Assembly (NCBI RefSeq): GCF_965641715.1
Contig: NZ_OZ282453.1
Reading direction: 5' to 3' (one strand)
Length of the DNA: 64,000 bases
Source: Escherichia coli
GTDB lineage: Bacteria > Pseudomonadota > Gammaproteobacteria > Enterobacterales > Enterobacteriaceae
The notes beneath the pieces were generated by a model. That model saw only the letters and a program-made list of their open reading frames with translations. It did not search any database and was not told the origin of the DNA. Positions 10,929 through 25,090 of this stretch are shown here, piece by piece. The translations under genes were made by a program, and so were the position numbers. Each line of letters opens with the position of its first letter. Position 1 is the first letter of the stretch.

Positions 10929-11861
10929 GTGGATAAAATTTTCGTTGATGAAGCAGTAAATGAGCTGCAAACCATTCAGGACATGTTGCGCTGGTCGGTG
11001 AGCCGCTTCAGCGCGGCAAATATCTGGTACGGTCACGGCACCGATAACCCGTGGGATGAAGCCGTACAGCTGGTATTGCCGTCGCTCTACCTGCCGCTGG
11101 ATATTCCGGAAGATATGCGCACCGCGCGTCTGACCTCCAGCGAAAAACATCGTATTGTTGAGCGCGTGATCCGCCGCGTCAACGAACGCATTCCGGTAGC
11201 TTACCTGACCAACAAAGCGTGGTTCTGCGGCCATGAATTTTACGTCGATGAACGCGTGCTGGTGCCGCGCTCGCCGATTGGTGAATTGATCAACAATAAA
11301 TTTGCCGGACTTATCAGCAAGCAACCGCAGCATATTTTAGATATGTGTACCGGTAGCGGCTGCATCGCCATTGCCTGTGCTTATGCCTTCCCGGAAGCGG
11401 AAGTCGATGCGGTAGATATCTCTCCCGACGCGCTGGCGGTTGCCGAACAGAACATCGAAGAACACGGTCTGATCCACAACGTCATACCGATTCGTTCCGA
11501 TCTGTTCCGTGATTTGCCGAAAGTGCAGTACGACCTGATTGTCACTAACCCGCCGTATGTCGATGCGGAAGATATGTCCGACCTGCCAAACGAATACCGT
11601 CACGAGCCGGAACTGGGCCTGGCATCTGGCACTGACGGCCTGAAACTGACGCGTCGCATTCTCGGTAACGCGGCAGATTACCTTGCTGATGATGGTGTGC
11701 TGATTTGTGAAGTCGGCAACAGCATGGTACATCTTATGGAACAATATCCGGATGTTCCGTTCACCTGGCTGGAGTTTGATAACGGCGGCGATGGTGTGTT
11801 TATGCTCACCAAAGAGCAGCTGCTGGCGGCCCGTGAACATTTCGCGATTTATAAAGATTAA
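10929..11861 (+). CDS. prmB: Ribosomal protein L3 glutamine methyltransferase PrmB
   Basis: SAM-methyltransferase motifs ([14 protein letters not shown]). The track ORF starts at 10596; the likely real start is the in-frame GTG at 10929 ([14 protein letters not shown]), giving ~310 aa. Confidence 0.88.
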   Translation: MDKIFVDEAVNELQTIQDMLRWSVSRFSAANIWYGHGTDNPWDEAVQLVLPSLYLPLDIPEDMRTARLTSSEKHRIVERVIRRVNERIPVAYLTNKAWFCGHEFYVDERVLVPRSPIGELINNKFAGLISKQPQHILDMCTGSGCIAIACAYAFPEAEVDAVDISPDALAVAEQNIEEHGLIHNVIPIRSDLFRDLPKVQYDLIVTNPPYVDAEDMSDLPNEYRHEPELGLASGTDGLKLTRRILGNAADYLADDGVLICEVGNSMVHLMEQYPDVPFTWLEFDNGGDGVFMLTKEQLLAAREHFAIYKD

Positions 11862-11895
11862 GTAAACACGCAAACACAACAATAACGGAGCCGTG

Positions 11896-12981
11896 ATGGC
11901 TGGAAACACAATTGGACAACTCTTTCGCGTAACCACCTTCGGCGAATCGCACGGGCTGGCGCTCGGCTGCATCGTCGATGGTGTTCCGCCGGGCATTCCG
12001 CTGACGGAAGCGGACCTGCAACATGACCTTGATCGTCGTCGCCCTGGGACATCGCGCTATACCACACAGCGTCGTGAGCCAGATCAGGTCAAAATTCTCT
12101 CCGGTGTTTTTGAAGGTGTTACTACCGGCACCAGCATTGGTTTGTTGATCGAAAATACCGATCAGCGTTCTCAGGATTATAGTGCGATTAAGGACGTTTT
12201 CCGTCCTGGCCATGCCGATTACACCTACGAACAAAAATACGGTCTGCGCGATTATCGCGGCGGTGGACGTTCTTCCGCCCGCGAAACCGCCATGCGCGTG
12301 GCGGCAGGGGCGATTGCCAAAAAATATCTCGCCGAGAAATTTGGTATTGAAATCCGCGGCTGCCTGACCCAGATGGGCGACATTCCGCTGGAAATCAAAG
12401 ACTGGTCGCAGGTTGAACAAAATCCGTTCTTCTGCCCGGACCCGGACAAAATCGACGCGTTAGATGAACTGATGCGCGCGCTGAAAAAAGAGGGCGACTC
12501 CATCGGCGCGAAAGTCACCGTTGTAGCCAGTGGTGTCCCCGCCGGACTTGGCGAGCCGGTCTTTGACCGCCTGGATGCCGACATCGCCCATGCGCTGATG
12601 AGCATCAACGCGGTGAAAGGCGTGGAAATTGGCGACGGTTTTGACGTAGTGGCGCTGCGCGGCAGCCAGAATCGCGACGAAATCACCAAAGACGGTTTCC
12701 AGAGCAACCATGCGGGCGGCATTCTTGGCGGTATCAGCAGCGGGCAGCAAATCATTGCCCATATGGCGCTGAAACCGACCTCCAGCATTACCGTGCCGGG
12801 GCGCACCATTAACCGCTTTGGCGAAGAAGTTGAGATGATCACCAAAGGCCGTCACGATCCTTGTGTCGGGATCCGCGCGGTGCCGATCGCTGAAGCGATG
12901 CTGGCGATCGTATTAATGGATCACCTGTTACGGCAGCGGGCGCAAAATGCCGATGTGAAGACTGATATTCCACGCTGGTAA
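11896..12981 (+). CDS. aroC: Chorismate synthase
   Basis: Begins [33 protein letters not shown], the classic chorismate synthase N-terminus; 361 aa. Confidence 0.95.
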   Translation: MAGNTIGQLFRVTTFGESHGLALGCIVDGVPPGIPLTEADLQHDLDRRRPGTSRYTTQRREPDQVKILSGVFEGVTTGTSIGLLIENTDQRSQDYSAIKDVFRPGHADYTYEQKYGLRDYRGGGRSSARETAMRVAAGAIAKKYLAEKFGIEIRGCLTQMGDIPLEIKDWSQVEQNPFFCPDPDKIDALDELMRALKKEGDSIGAKVTVVASGVPAGLGEPVFDRLDADIAHALMSINAVKGVEIGDGFDVVALRGSQNRDEITKDGFQSNHAGGILGGISSGQQIIAHMALKPTSSITVPGRTINRFGEEVEMITKGRHDPCVGIRAVPIAEAMLAIVLMDHLLRQRAQNADVKTDIPRW

Positions 12982-12984
12982 AAA

Positions 12985-13809
12985 ATGAACAAAACCGCGA
13001 TTGCGCTGCTGGCCCTGCTTGCCAGTAGCGTCAGCCTGGCAGCGACGCCGTGGCAAAAAATAACCCAACCTGTGCCGGGTAGCGCACAATCGATAGGCAG
13101 TTTTTCTAATGGCTGTATCGTCGGCGCTGACACGCTGCCGATACAGTCCGAACATTATCAGGTCATGCGTACCGATCAGCGTCGCTATTTCGGTCACCCG
13201 GACCTGGTGATGTTTATCCAGCGTCTGAGTAGCCAGGTGAGCAATCTGGGCATGGGTACGGTGCTGATTGGCGATATGGGGATGCCCGCTGGTGGGCGTT
13301 TCAACGGCGGTCATGCCAGCCACCAGACCGGACTGGATGTCGATATCTTTCTGCAACTGCCGAAAACTCGCTGGACCTCCGCGCAGCTCTTGCGCCCGCA
13401 AGCGTTAGATTTGGTTTCCCGGGACGGTAAACGCGTTGTCCCCACGCTGTGGAAGCCGGAAATTTTCAGCTTGATCAAACTCGCCGCCCAGGACAAAGAC
13501 GTCACGCGCATTTTTGTTAATCCGGCGATTAAACAACAACTTTGCCTTGATGCGGGCACCGATCGCGACTGGTTGCGCAAAGTGCGACCCTGGTTCCAGC
13601 ATCGTGCGCATATGCATGTACGATTACGTTGCCCTGCCGATAGTCTGGAGTGTGAAGATCAACCTTTACCGCCACCAGGCGATGGTTGCGGGGCAGAACT
13701 GCAAAGCTGGTTTGAACCTCCAAAACCGGGAACAACAAAGCCTGAGAAGAAGACACCGCCTCCGTTGCCGCCTTCCTGCCAGGCGCTACTGGATGAGCAC
13801 GTGATCTAA
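12985..13809 (+). CDS. mepA: Penicillin-insensitive murein endopeptidase MepA
   Basis: 274-aa ORF with signal peptide and His/Asp-rich zinc-peptidase segments; conserved aroC-mepA linkage. Confidence 0.9.
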   Translation: MNKTAIALLALLASSVSLAATPWQKITQPVPGSAQSIGSFSNGCIVGADTLPIQSEHYQVMRTDQRRYFGHPDLVMFIQRLSSQVSNLGMGTVLIGDMGMPAGGRFNGGHASHQTGLDVDIFLQLPKTRWTSAQLLRPQALDLVSRDGKRVVPTLWKPEIFSLIKLAAQDKDVTRIFVNPAIKQQLCLDAGTDRDWLRKVRPWFQHRAHMHVRLRCPADSLECEDQPLPPPGDGCGAELQSWFEPPKPGTTKPEKKTPPPLPPSCQALLDEHVI

Positions 13810-14618
13810 TGGAAACGTTTAATAGCCTGTTTATGGTTTCCCCGCTGTTGCTGGGAGTTCTCTTTTTTGTCGCCATGCTGGCGGGATTTATCGACTCGAT
13901 TGCCGGTGGCGGTGGGTTACTCACCATTCCGGCATTGATGGCAGCGGGGATGTCTCCCGCTAATGCGCTGGCAACCAATAAACTGCAAGCCTGCGGCGGC
14001 TCTATTTCCGCCACTATCTACTTTATTCGCCGCAAAGTGGTTAGTTTAAGCGATCAGAAACTCAATATCGCCATGACCTTTATCGGCTCAATGAGCGGCG
14101 CACTGCTGGTGCAATACGTTCAGGCTGATGTCTTACGGCAGATTTTGCCCATTCTGGTGATTTGTATCGGCCTCTATTTCTTGCTGATGCCAAAGCTGGG
14201 TGAAGAAGATCGCCAGCGCCGGATGTACGGTTTACCCTTCGCGTTAATTGCCGGTGGCTGCGTCGGTTTTTATGACGGATTCTTTGGTCCGGCAGCCGGA
14301 TCGTTTTACGCGCTGGCCTTTGTTACGCTGTGCGGATTCAACCTCGCCAAAGCCACGGCTCACGCCAAATTACTCAACGCAACGTCAAACATCGGCGGTT
14401 TACTGCTGTTTATTCTCGGCGGCAAAGTGATTTGGGCGACGGGCTTTGTGATGCTAGTGGGGCAGTTCCTCGGCGCGCGCATGGGTTCAAGACTGGTGTT
14501 GAGCAAAGGACAAAAACTGATCCGCCCGATGATCGTTATCGTCTCGGCGGTGATGAGTGCCAAATTACTTTATGATAGCCACGGACAGGAGATCCTCCAC
14601 TGGTTGGGGATGAACTAA
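13809..14618 (+). CDS. yfcA: Inner-membrane TauE/SafE-family transporter
   Basis: 269-aa polytopic membrane protein with repeated Gly-rich helices; start overlaps the mepA stop. Confidence 0.8.
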   Translation: METFNSLFMVSPLLLGVLFFVAMLAGFIDSIAGGGGLLTIPALMAAGMSPANALATNKLQACGGSISATIYFIRRKVVSLSDQKLNIAMTFIGSMSGALLVQYVQADVLRQILPILVICIGLYFLLMPKLGEEDRQRRMYGLPFALIAGGCVGFYDGFFGPAAGSFYALAFVTLCGFNLAKATAHAKLLNATSNIGGLLLFILGGKVIWATGFVMLVGQFLGARMGSRLVLSKGQKLIRPMIVIVSAVMSAKLLYDSHGQEILHWLGMN

Positions 14619-15166
14619 TGAACAGTACACACCACTATGAGCAGTTGATTGAAATTTTTAATAGCTGCTTTGCCGATGATTTTAATACCCGTCTGATTAA
14701 AGGCGACGACGAACCGATCTATCTTCCTGCTGATGCGGAAGTACCGTATAACCGAATCGTCTTTGCCCACGGCTTTTATGCCAGCGCAATTCATGAGATT
14801 TCGCACTGGTGTATTGCCGGGAAAGCGCGCCGCGAGCAGGTTGATTTCGGCTACTGGTATTGCCCGGACGGTCGCGATGCCCAAACGCAAAGCCAGTTTG
14901 AAGATGTTGAAGTGAAGCCGCAGGCGCTTGACTGGTTGTTCTGCGTGGCGGCGGGATACCCGTTTAACGTCAGTTGCGACAATCTGGAAGGCGACTTCGA
15001 ACCGGACCGCGTGGTGTTTCAACGGCGAGTACATGCGCAGGTGATGGATTATCTAACAACTGGCATTCCGGAACGCCCGGCACGTTTCATTAAAGCACTA
15101 CAAAATTATTATCACACGCCGGAACTTACGGCGGAACAGTTCCCGTGGCCGGAAGCGCTCAACTGA
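14618..15166 (+). CDS. epmC: EF-P beta-lysyl-lysine hydroxylase
   Basis: 182-aa ORF at the conserved position after yfcA (ATGAACTAATG overlap). Confidence 0.75.
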   Translation: MNSTHHYEQLIEIFNSCFADDFNTRLIKGDDEPIYLPADAEVPYNRIVFAHGFYASAIHEISHWCIAGKARREQVDFGYWYCPDGRDAQTQSQFEDVEVKPQALDWLFCVAAGYPFNVSCDNLEGDFEPDRVVFQRRVHAQVMDYLTTGIPERPARFIKALQNYYHTPELTAEQFPWPEALN

Positions 15167-15199
15167 AGCCAGCGCCACGTTTTACAATGAGGAAAGAAG

Positions 15200-15478
15200 A
15201 TGATCGCGGAGTTTGAATCACGCATTCTGGCATTAATCGACGGTATGGTTGACCATGCCAGTGATGATGAGTTGTTTGCCAGTGGGTATTTGCGTGGCCA
15301 CCTGACATTAGCCATCGCAGAACTGGAAAGTGGTGATGACCACTCCGCTCAGGCGGTACATACGACCGTTAGCCAGAGTCTGGAAAAAGCCATTGGTGCT
15401 GGTGAATTGTCGCCGCGTGACCAGGCGCTGGTGACCGATATGTGGGAAAACCTGTTTCAGCAGGCGTCACAGCAGTAA
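15200..15478 (+). CDS. yfcL: Small conserved protein YfcL
   Basis: 92-aa ORF at the syntenic position. Confidence 0.7.
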
Positions 15479-15484
15479 GTTGCG

Positions 15485-15595
<111 letters not shown>

Positions 15596-15598
15596 TGG

Positions 15599-17671
<2,073 letters not shown>

Positions 17672-17763
17672 CTATTAATTGGCTGATCGGACTTGTTCGG
17701 CGTACAAGTGTACGCTATTGTGCATTCGAAACTTACTCTATGTGCGACTTACAGAGGTATTGA

Positions 17764-18984
17764 ATGAAACGTGCAGTGATTACTGGCCTGGGCATTGTTT
17801 CCAGCATCGGTAATAACCAGCAGGAAGTCCTGGCATCTCTGCGTGAAGGACGTTCAGGGATCACTTTCTCTCAGGAGCTGAAGGATTCCGGCATGCGTAG
17901 CCACGTCTGGGGCAACGTAAAACTGGATACCACTGGCCTCATTGACCGCAAAGTTGTGCGCTTTATGAGCGACGCATCCATTTATGCATTCCTTTCTATG
18001 GAGCAGGCAATCGCTGATGCGGGCCTCTCCCCGGAAGCTTACCAGAATAACCCGCGCGTTGGCCTGATTGCAGGTTCCGGCGGCGGCTCCCCGCGTTTCC
18101 AGGTGTTCGGCGCTGACGCAATGCGCGGCCCGCGCGGCCTGAAAGCGGTTGGCCCGTATGTGGTCACCAAAGCGATGGCATCCGGCGTTTCTGCCTGCCT
18201 CGCCACCCCGTTTAAAATTCATGGCGTTAACTACTCCATCAGCTCCGCGTGTGCGACTTCCGCACACTGTATCGGTAACGCAGTAGAGCAGATCCAACTG
18301 GGCAAACAGGACATCGTGTTTGCTGGCGGCGGCGAAGAGCTGTGCTGGGAAATGGCTTGCGAATTCGACGCAATGGGTGCGCTGTCTACTAAATACAACG
18401 ACACCCCGGAAAAAGCCTCCCGTACTTACGACGCTCACCGTGACGGTTTCGTTATCGCTGGCGGCGGCGGTATGGTGGTGGTTGAAGAGCTGGAACACGC
18501 GCTGGCGCGTGGTGCTCATATCTATGCTGAAATCGTTGGCTACGGCGCAACGTCTGATGGCGCAGATATGGTTGCTCCGTCTGGCGAAGGCGCAGTACGC
18601 TGCATGAAGATGGCGATGCATGGCGTTGATACCCCAATCGATTACCTGAACTCCCACGGTACTTCGACTCCGGTTGGCGACGTGAAAGAGCTGGCAGCTA
18701 TCCGTGAAGTGTTCGGCGATAAGAGCCCTGCGATTTCTGCAACCAAAGCCATGACCGGTCACTCTCTGGGCGCTGCTGGCGTACAGGAAGCTATCTACTC
18801 TCTGCTGATGCTGGAACACGGCTTTATCGCCCCGAGCATCAACATTGAAGAGCTGGACGAGCAGGCTGCGGGTCTGAACATCGTGACCGAAACGACCGAT
18901 CGCGAACTGACCACTGTTATGTCTAACAGCTTCGGCTTCGGCGGCACCAACGCCACGCTGGTAATGCGCAAGCTGAAAGATTAA
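17764..18984 (+). CDS. fabB: 3-oxoacyl-ACP synthase I
   Basis: 406-aa ORF starting [22 protein letters not shown], with the active-site region [14 protein letters not shown] and a C-terminal [10 protein letters not shown]. Confidence 0.95.
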
Positions 18985-18987
18985 TTC

Positions 18988-19065
18988 GCAGTAGGCCGGA
19001 GTAGGTCGGATAAGACGCGTCAGCGTCGCATCCGACGTTACGCGCCAATGCGGCATCCGGCACTA
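18988..19065. repeat. REP palindromes downstream of fabB
   Basis: ggtcggataagacgcgtcagcgtcgcatccgac plus an adjacent gcggcatccggca unit. Confidence 0.65.
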
Positions 19066-19255
19066 ACGCCAAAGGGAACCCGATGGTTCCCTTTTTCACA
19101 TCATTGACAATCGCCGCCTGTTCCAGGCAAACTTCCCGCTTTGTCGATTTCCTTCTGAAAAGACGTACGCGTTAATTCCTGCCAACGCACCGTAACCCTG
19201 AAACCAGAGAGATGAGACGGGGATACTCCTCGCCTTGCGCTGCATTCTGGAGTAA

Positions 19256-21429
<2,174 letters not shown>

Positions 21430-21527
21430 TACGTATCCTTATACCTGAAATCTTCGCAAGTATGCCTGGCCGCGAGATTATGGCACACTTGTCCGGTTAA
21501 CTCTCGTCTCATACAGGTAACACAAAC

Positions 21528-21572
21528 GTGAAAATCCTTGTTGATGAAAAAAATGATGACTTAATTTATTGA
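21528..21572 (+). pseudogene. pdxB: Orphaned original 5' end of pdxB (promoter-proximal start fused to phage DNA)
   Basis: gtg aaa atc ctt gtt gat gaa aa... encodes (M)KILVDE, the same N-terminal residues as the PdxB body at 57944, then diverges into phage-side sequence and stops after 14 codons. Confidence 0.65.
21531..21550. repeat. Left attachment-site core (20-bp direct repeat)
   Basis: aaaatccttgttgatgaaaa, identical to 57944..57963 at the other end of the prophage. Confidence 0.7.
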
Positions 21573-21696
21573 TGTAAAAGGATTTATGTCAGCGCGTGTC
21601 CACGCAGTGACCACATTTTCGAGTTACAGATAACACAAAGCCCGTTTTCACGGGCTTTGTGTTATCTGTAATTGTGGCTAAGCCACATGATTTATA

Positions 21697-22590
21697 CTAT
21701 TTCCAGTTACAAGCAGATTGAAGCGGTTTTAGCGCGTTTGACAGGCCGTTTAAATTGAAAGTTGCACTTACGGGGCTCTCATTATAAGGCGTTATTTTTG
21801 TATACATTTTGCTTGAGTTGGCTAGTTTTCGGATGAAATCAATGTCATTACCTTTATAAAAAACAGCCTTTGTATCTGTAGATACTAGCCAGTTTCGCTC
21901 AACTGCTTTCTGTTTATCAAGGCGATAAAGCATGCTGGTTTGTTCAAGGCCTAAATATACATCCCAACTAAGAAATACTTCGGTTTTCTTTTCTCGGCAA
22001 GCTATAAACAGAGTAGGAGTAACCGCTTCTCCAAATGGAGTTCTGATATAATCATCACTTTCTAACGATAAAATTACATTTTTCGAATCATCAATTGGCG
22101 ATGTAGTAATGGATGTGTGCCATTTTCCTACATCTGTGGCTTTCTCTAATTTTGATTCAGCTTGAACGGCTTTATCCTGTGGGAATAGTTTATCGTAGCA
22201 GTTTAGTCTGGCTTCTTTATCATTTTCTGCACGACATTTAGATATCTCAGAAAGATTTGGTTGCTGAGCCTCTGTTGTTACTGGCTTTTCCGTTTTAGAT
22301 TTTGAGTTTACAGATGGAATAAATGTTGGAGAAAAGAAACGATCATAACAAGATAAACGTCTATCATCATCTTTCTCATCAGGGCATTGATCTCTGCTTT
22401 CGAATTTTTCAGCAACTTTCGTTCGAGTCGGTTGTATTGACTTATCGTAACAAGAAAGTCTGTCTTTATTATTTTCTATTGCTCGGCACTGGAGTACTGC
22501 ATTGAAGTTCTTATGTTCAGTTGCTGCGTGAACAGGCAGTACACTAATTGATAAAAATGATGCGCCTATAGAAAAAATTATATTTTTCAT
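21697..22590 (-). CDS. Prophage cargo: secreted protein with three Cys-containing repeats, function unknown
   Basis: 297 aa, signal peptide (MKNIIFSIGASFLSISVLPVHAA), three repeats of C-x(8-10)-RL(S/N)CYD(K/R), then a ~150-aa C-terminal domain; AT-rich codon usage. Confidence 0.6.
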   Translation of the reverse strand: MKNIIFSIGASFLSISVLPVHAATEHKNFNAVLQCRAIENNKDRLSCYDKSIQPTRTKVAEKFESRDQCPDEKDDDRRLSCYDRFFSPTFIPSVNSKSKTEKPVTTEAQQPNLSEISKCRAENDKEARLNCYDKLFPQDKAVQAESKLEKATDVGKWHTSITTSPIDDSKNVILSLESDDYIRTPFGEAVTPTLFIACREKKTEVFLSWDVYLGLEQTSMLYRLDKQKAVERNWLVSTDTKAVFYKGNDIDFIRKLANSSKMYTKITPYNESPVSATFNLNGLSNALKPLQSACNWK

Positions 22591-22594
22591 TTTA

Positions 22595-22927
22595 TTATCC
22601 CTTTGGTTTAGTAAGAAATACTAAAATTCCGATAATGATATCGCCAATAACCCATAAGCTTCCAATGGTAATTAAACCTAAGCCTGTACCAATAACTGCA
22701 CCGGCTTTTTCAGCATCGGATGTGGCATTATTTATTATTTCACTAGTGCCACCTAGTCCAACTAAAAGCGTATAGATCATAAAAATATTAAATAATATAA
22801 AAACCCACTTAATGATCCGTCCAAAAAATGAACGCTTAAGTTTTTGTAGTTGTTTACCACAAGCAGGGCAATACAATGCTGAATCGCTCACCTCTTTCTG
22901 GCATTCAGGACATTTGATTAATGCCAT
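22595..22927 (-). CDS. Prophage cargo: zinc-ribbon membrane protein, function unknown
   Basis: 110 aa with an N-terminal CPEC-x(13)-CPAC zinc ribbon followed by two hydrophobic helices; 4 bp upstream of the repeat protein (probable operon). Confidence 0.6.
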   Translation of the reverse strand: MALIKCPECQKEVSDSALYCPACGKQLQKLKRSFFGRIIKWVFILFNIFMIYTLLVGLGGTSEIINNATSDAEKAGAVIGTGLGLITIGSLWVIGDIIIGILVFLTKPKG

Positions 22928-23139
22928 GTAATCCGCCTCCTTTGGATTAATACGAGTTGATGTTTGTTACAAAACATTTTGATTTTATCAGATTTTTTTT
23001 TATTGATAAGTGTCAATTGATTAGCTGGTATAGAGTGAGGCATATAGAAGGGCTGATCTGTATCAGTATGTGATGCAAAAATCCCACAGTTTCATGGAAT
23101 TTTTGCAGTTAGAGCTGTGAGATAGGGTGCCTTATCGAC

Positions 23140-23185
23140 CTTACCCTGGCAACCGATTGACGGGGGATTGCTCCCCCGTCGCGGT
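23140..23185 (-). terminator. 3' stem-loop of the hok-like transcript
   Basis: gacgggggagcaatcccccgtc hairpin just downstream of the toxin stop on the minus strand. Confidence 0.4.
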
Positions 23186-23189
23186 TTCC

Positions 23190-23330
23190 TTACTGCTTAC
23201 ACTGTAAGAACGCCGCAAACTCCGCTCCCCAGAAGCTCATCCGTATTTCGCACAGCGAACCGTGAAGCATCCAGATGATGAGGATTGCCGTCACGCAGAA
23301 CGTGATGGCCGTAAGCGATTTTTGCGACAT
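23190..23330 (-). CDS. Hok/Gef-like type I toxin (small membrane peptide)
   Basis: Hand-translated 46-aa ORF MSQKSLTAITFCVTAILIIWMLHGSLCEIRMSFWGAEFAAFLQCKQ: hydrophobic helix, then SLCEIR and EFAAF, resembling Hok-family motifs. Absent from the track because it is under 60 aa. Confidence 0.55.
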   Translation of the reverse strand: MSQKSLTAITFCVTAILIIWMLHGSLCEIRMSFWGAEFAAFLQCKQ

Positions 23331-23520
23331 AGCGCTTGCTCCTTTTTCGGGGAGGCGCTAACCTATCACTTGCTTAGGGTAGACGGTTAGGGCCTCGGTT
23401 AAACAAAAGTGTTTTCCGGGGCCTTTCCACATCTGGCCTTCGGGTATTCCCTCCGACCATCAGCCGAAAGGCACCCGCGCGTAATCTATCGCTTTTTTGT
23501 TACTCCGACAATTCTGCCTG

Positions 23521-23781
23521 TTAATTCTGAGGTAAAGGCAAACTCATCTGATTGTTTCCCCTGTGTGAAGCTGGCAGCTCATGCCACGGGATACCTTCTG
23601 ATGAGTGAACGCCGGAGGCGTGTTTCGATGTGAATTTATGGAAAGCTTCCAGTGTTGAGAAGCATACGCCGCATTCCAGATTGTTACACTGGTAATACTT
23701 TTGCCGCACGGTGTTTGAATCATTTTCCGGACGACTGGTGCGGATACGGGCAGATGCGCCACAAAGCGGACAACGGAACAT
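23521..23781 (-). CDS. ogr: Ogr/Delta-family zinc-finger late-gene activator
   Basis: Starts MFRCPLCGASARIRTSR...YYQCNNLECG, the Cys4 pattern of P2 Ogr; sits beside gene D. Confidence 0.85.
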   Translation of the reverse strand: MFRCPLCGASARIRTSRPENDSNTVRQKYYQCNNLECGVCFSTLEAFHKFTSKHASGVHSSEGIPWHELPASHRGNNQMSLPLPQN

Positions 23782-23823
23782 AGCGACCTCCCTTAACGTG
23801 GTGCTGCCGCTATTCTAAGTTGC

Positions 23824-24933
23824 TCACTCTGTTTCTGCTATCCATTCCGGGATTTTTGCTTCAAGCTCAAGCTGCGTGGTAAAGCCACTGTTATCAATGG
23901 TGTGCTCGGCTTTCGCAATAATCCAGTCCTGATTATCAATCTCGCTTTTAAATCCTGTTACCGTGCCATGCATTTCGGGGTAGAGTTCTGCTCGTCCACG
24001 TGTCAGCGTGATGGAGAATGATGCGGCTCCGCGTTGTAGTTGTTGCCACTTTGCCGCCGCTGCGCGTCTTGCTGCCTGCTCGTTCTGATAAGTCTTGCGT
24101 AACACAAACACATTGCCTTCCGCGCCTTCCATATAATCACCTTCACGGCTGCTGCTTTTCTCTTTTTTCGGTTTTGGCGGTTTGCGGCGTTTCACGCTGA
24201 CTTTTTTCTTTTTCCCGTAATTAAGATCAAGCCAGTAAGCGCGTACCCCCGTATACGCTTCGCGGTCAGCAATGCGGAACTGATGGCGATCGCCACTGCT
24301 GCGTGTGATGGCGAACGATGGCAACGGCTGGCCCTGTGCGTTCACGCCACCGCCGGGCATGATGAATAACAGATTACCGCTTTTTACCGTGGTGATTGCG
24401 CCCAGCATTTCCGCCATGCGCGTAAGGAAGGACATGTCACTTTCTTCGGTCTGGTCGGCGTGGTCGATTTCGATATCCATCAGCATTTCGCTGATTTGCG
24501 GTTTCAGACCGTACCGATGAGCGATGGCGGATACCACACGCTCAACGGTCACATCATGCCAGGACACCTCACGTTTAACGTTAAATTCATCCCGAAAATC
24601 TGCGCTTCTGGCTGAAACAGTCAGCCTGTCCGGCGGTCCTTCGTGTGCGATTTCATCAACAATGTAAGAGCCTTTTTCTGCCAGCGGTTCGCCTTTCCAG
24701 CCAATGAGAACCGTCAGGCGCGCGCCCCGTGGCGGTAGCTGCAACTGACCATCCGCATCATCCAGCGTGATGGTTAGCTGATCTGCCTCAAATCCCCGGT
24801 TGTCGGTCAGCGACAGGCTCATCAGGCGCTCTGCCACTCCGGACAGCGTTTTACCCTCCGCGAGAATATCAAAATCCGGCATTTTTACGGGGTCTGTGCT
24901 CTGACTGAGCAATTGCATGGTGGTATCGGTCAT
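23824..24933 (-). CDS. D: Tail protein gpD (late control gene D family)
   Basis: Conserved segments shared with P2 gpD (SLSLTDNRGFEADQL, RSADFRDEF, basic KKKVSVKRRKPPKPKK stretch, C-terminal GFTTQLELE). Start placed at MTDTTMQLL; the track ORF runs 44 codons further upstream. Confidence 0.8.
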   Translation of the reverse strand: MTDTTMQLLSQSTDPVKMPDFDILAEGKTLSGVAERLMSLSLTDNRGFEADQLTITLDDADGQLQLPPRGARLTVLIGWKGEPLAEKGSYIVDEIAHEGPPDRLTVSARSADFRDEFNVKREVSWHDVTVERVVSAIAHRYGLKPQISEMLMDIEIDHADQTEESDMSFLTRMAEMLGAITTVKSGNLLFIMPGGGVNAQGQPLPSFAITRSSGDRHQFRIADREAYTGVRAYWLDLNYGKKKKVSVKRRKPPKPKKEKSSSREGDYMEGAEGNVFVLRKTYQNEQAARRAAAAKWQQLQRGAASFSITLTRGRAELYPEMHGTVTGFKSEIDNQDWIIAKAEHTIDNSGFTTQLELEAKIPEWIAETE

Positions 24934-25090
24934 CTGCTTCCTCCCTGTGCGGCATGGTCGCATGTGCGTGTGGAGGGGGTTACTGCTTTTTGTTGTCGCC
25001 GTGGCGGGAGAACGGCGCAGGGGTGAGATTACGCGCGTGGTGGGTGATGATTGTTGCCGAATCATTTAACGGATACAAGGGGCTGAAGCT

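Noticed and set aside
21660-21670. 11-bp repeat tgttatctgta (also at 57839..57849) as a candidate attachment-site core, plus the 19-bp-stem hairpin at 21626..21669
   Set aside because: The 20-bp repeat that coincides with the pdxB start codons is longer and biologically coherent. The 11-mer match could be chance; the hairpin may be a phage-end structure but I cannot assign it a role.
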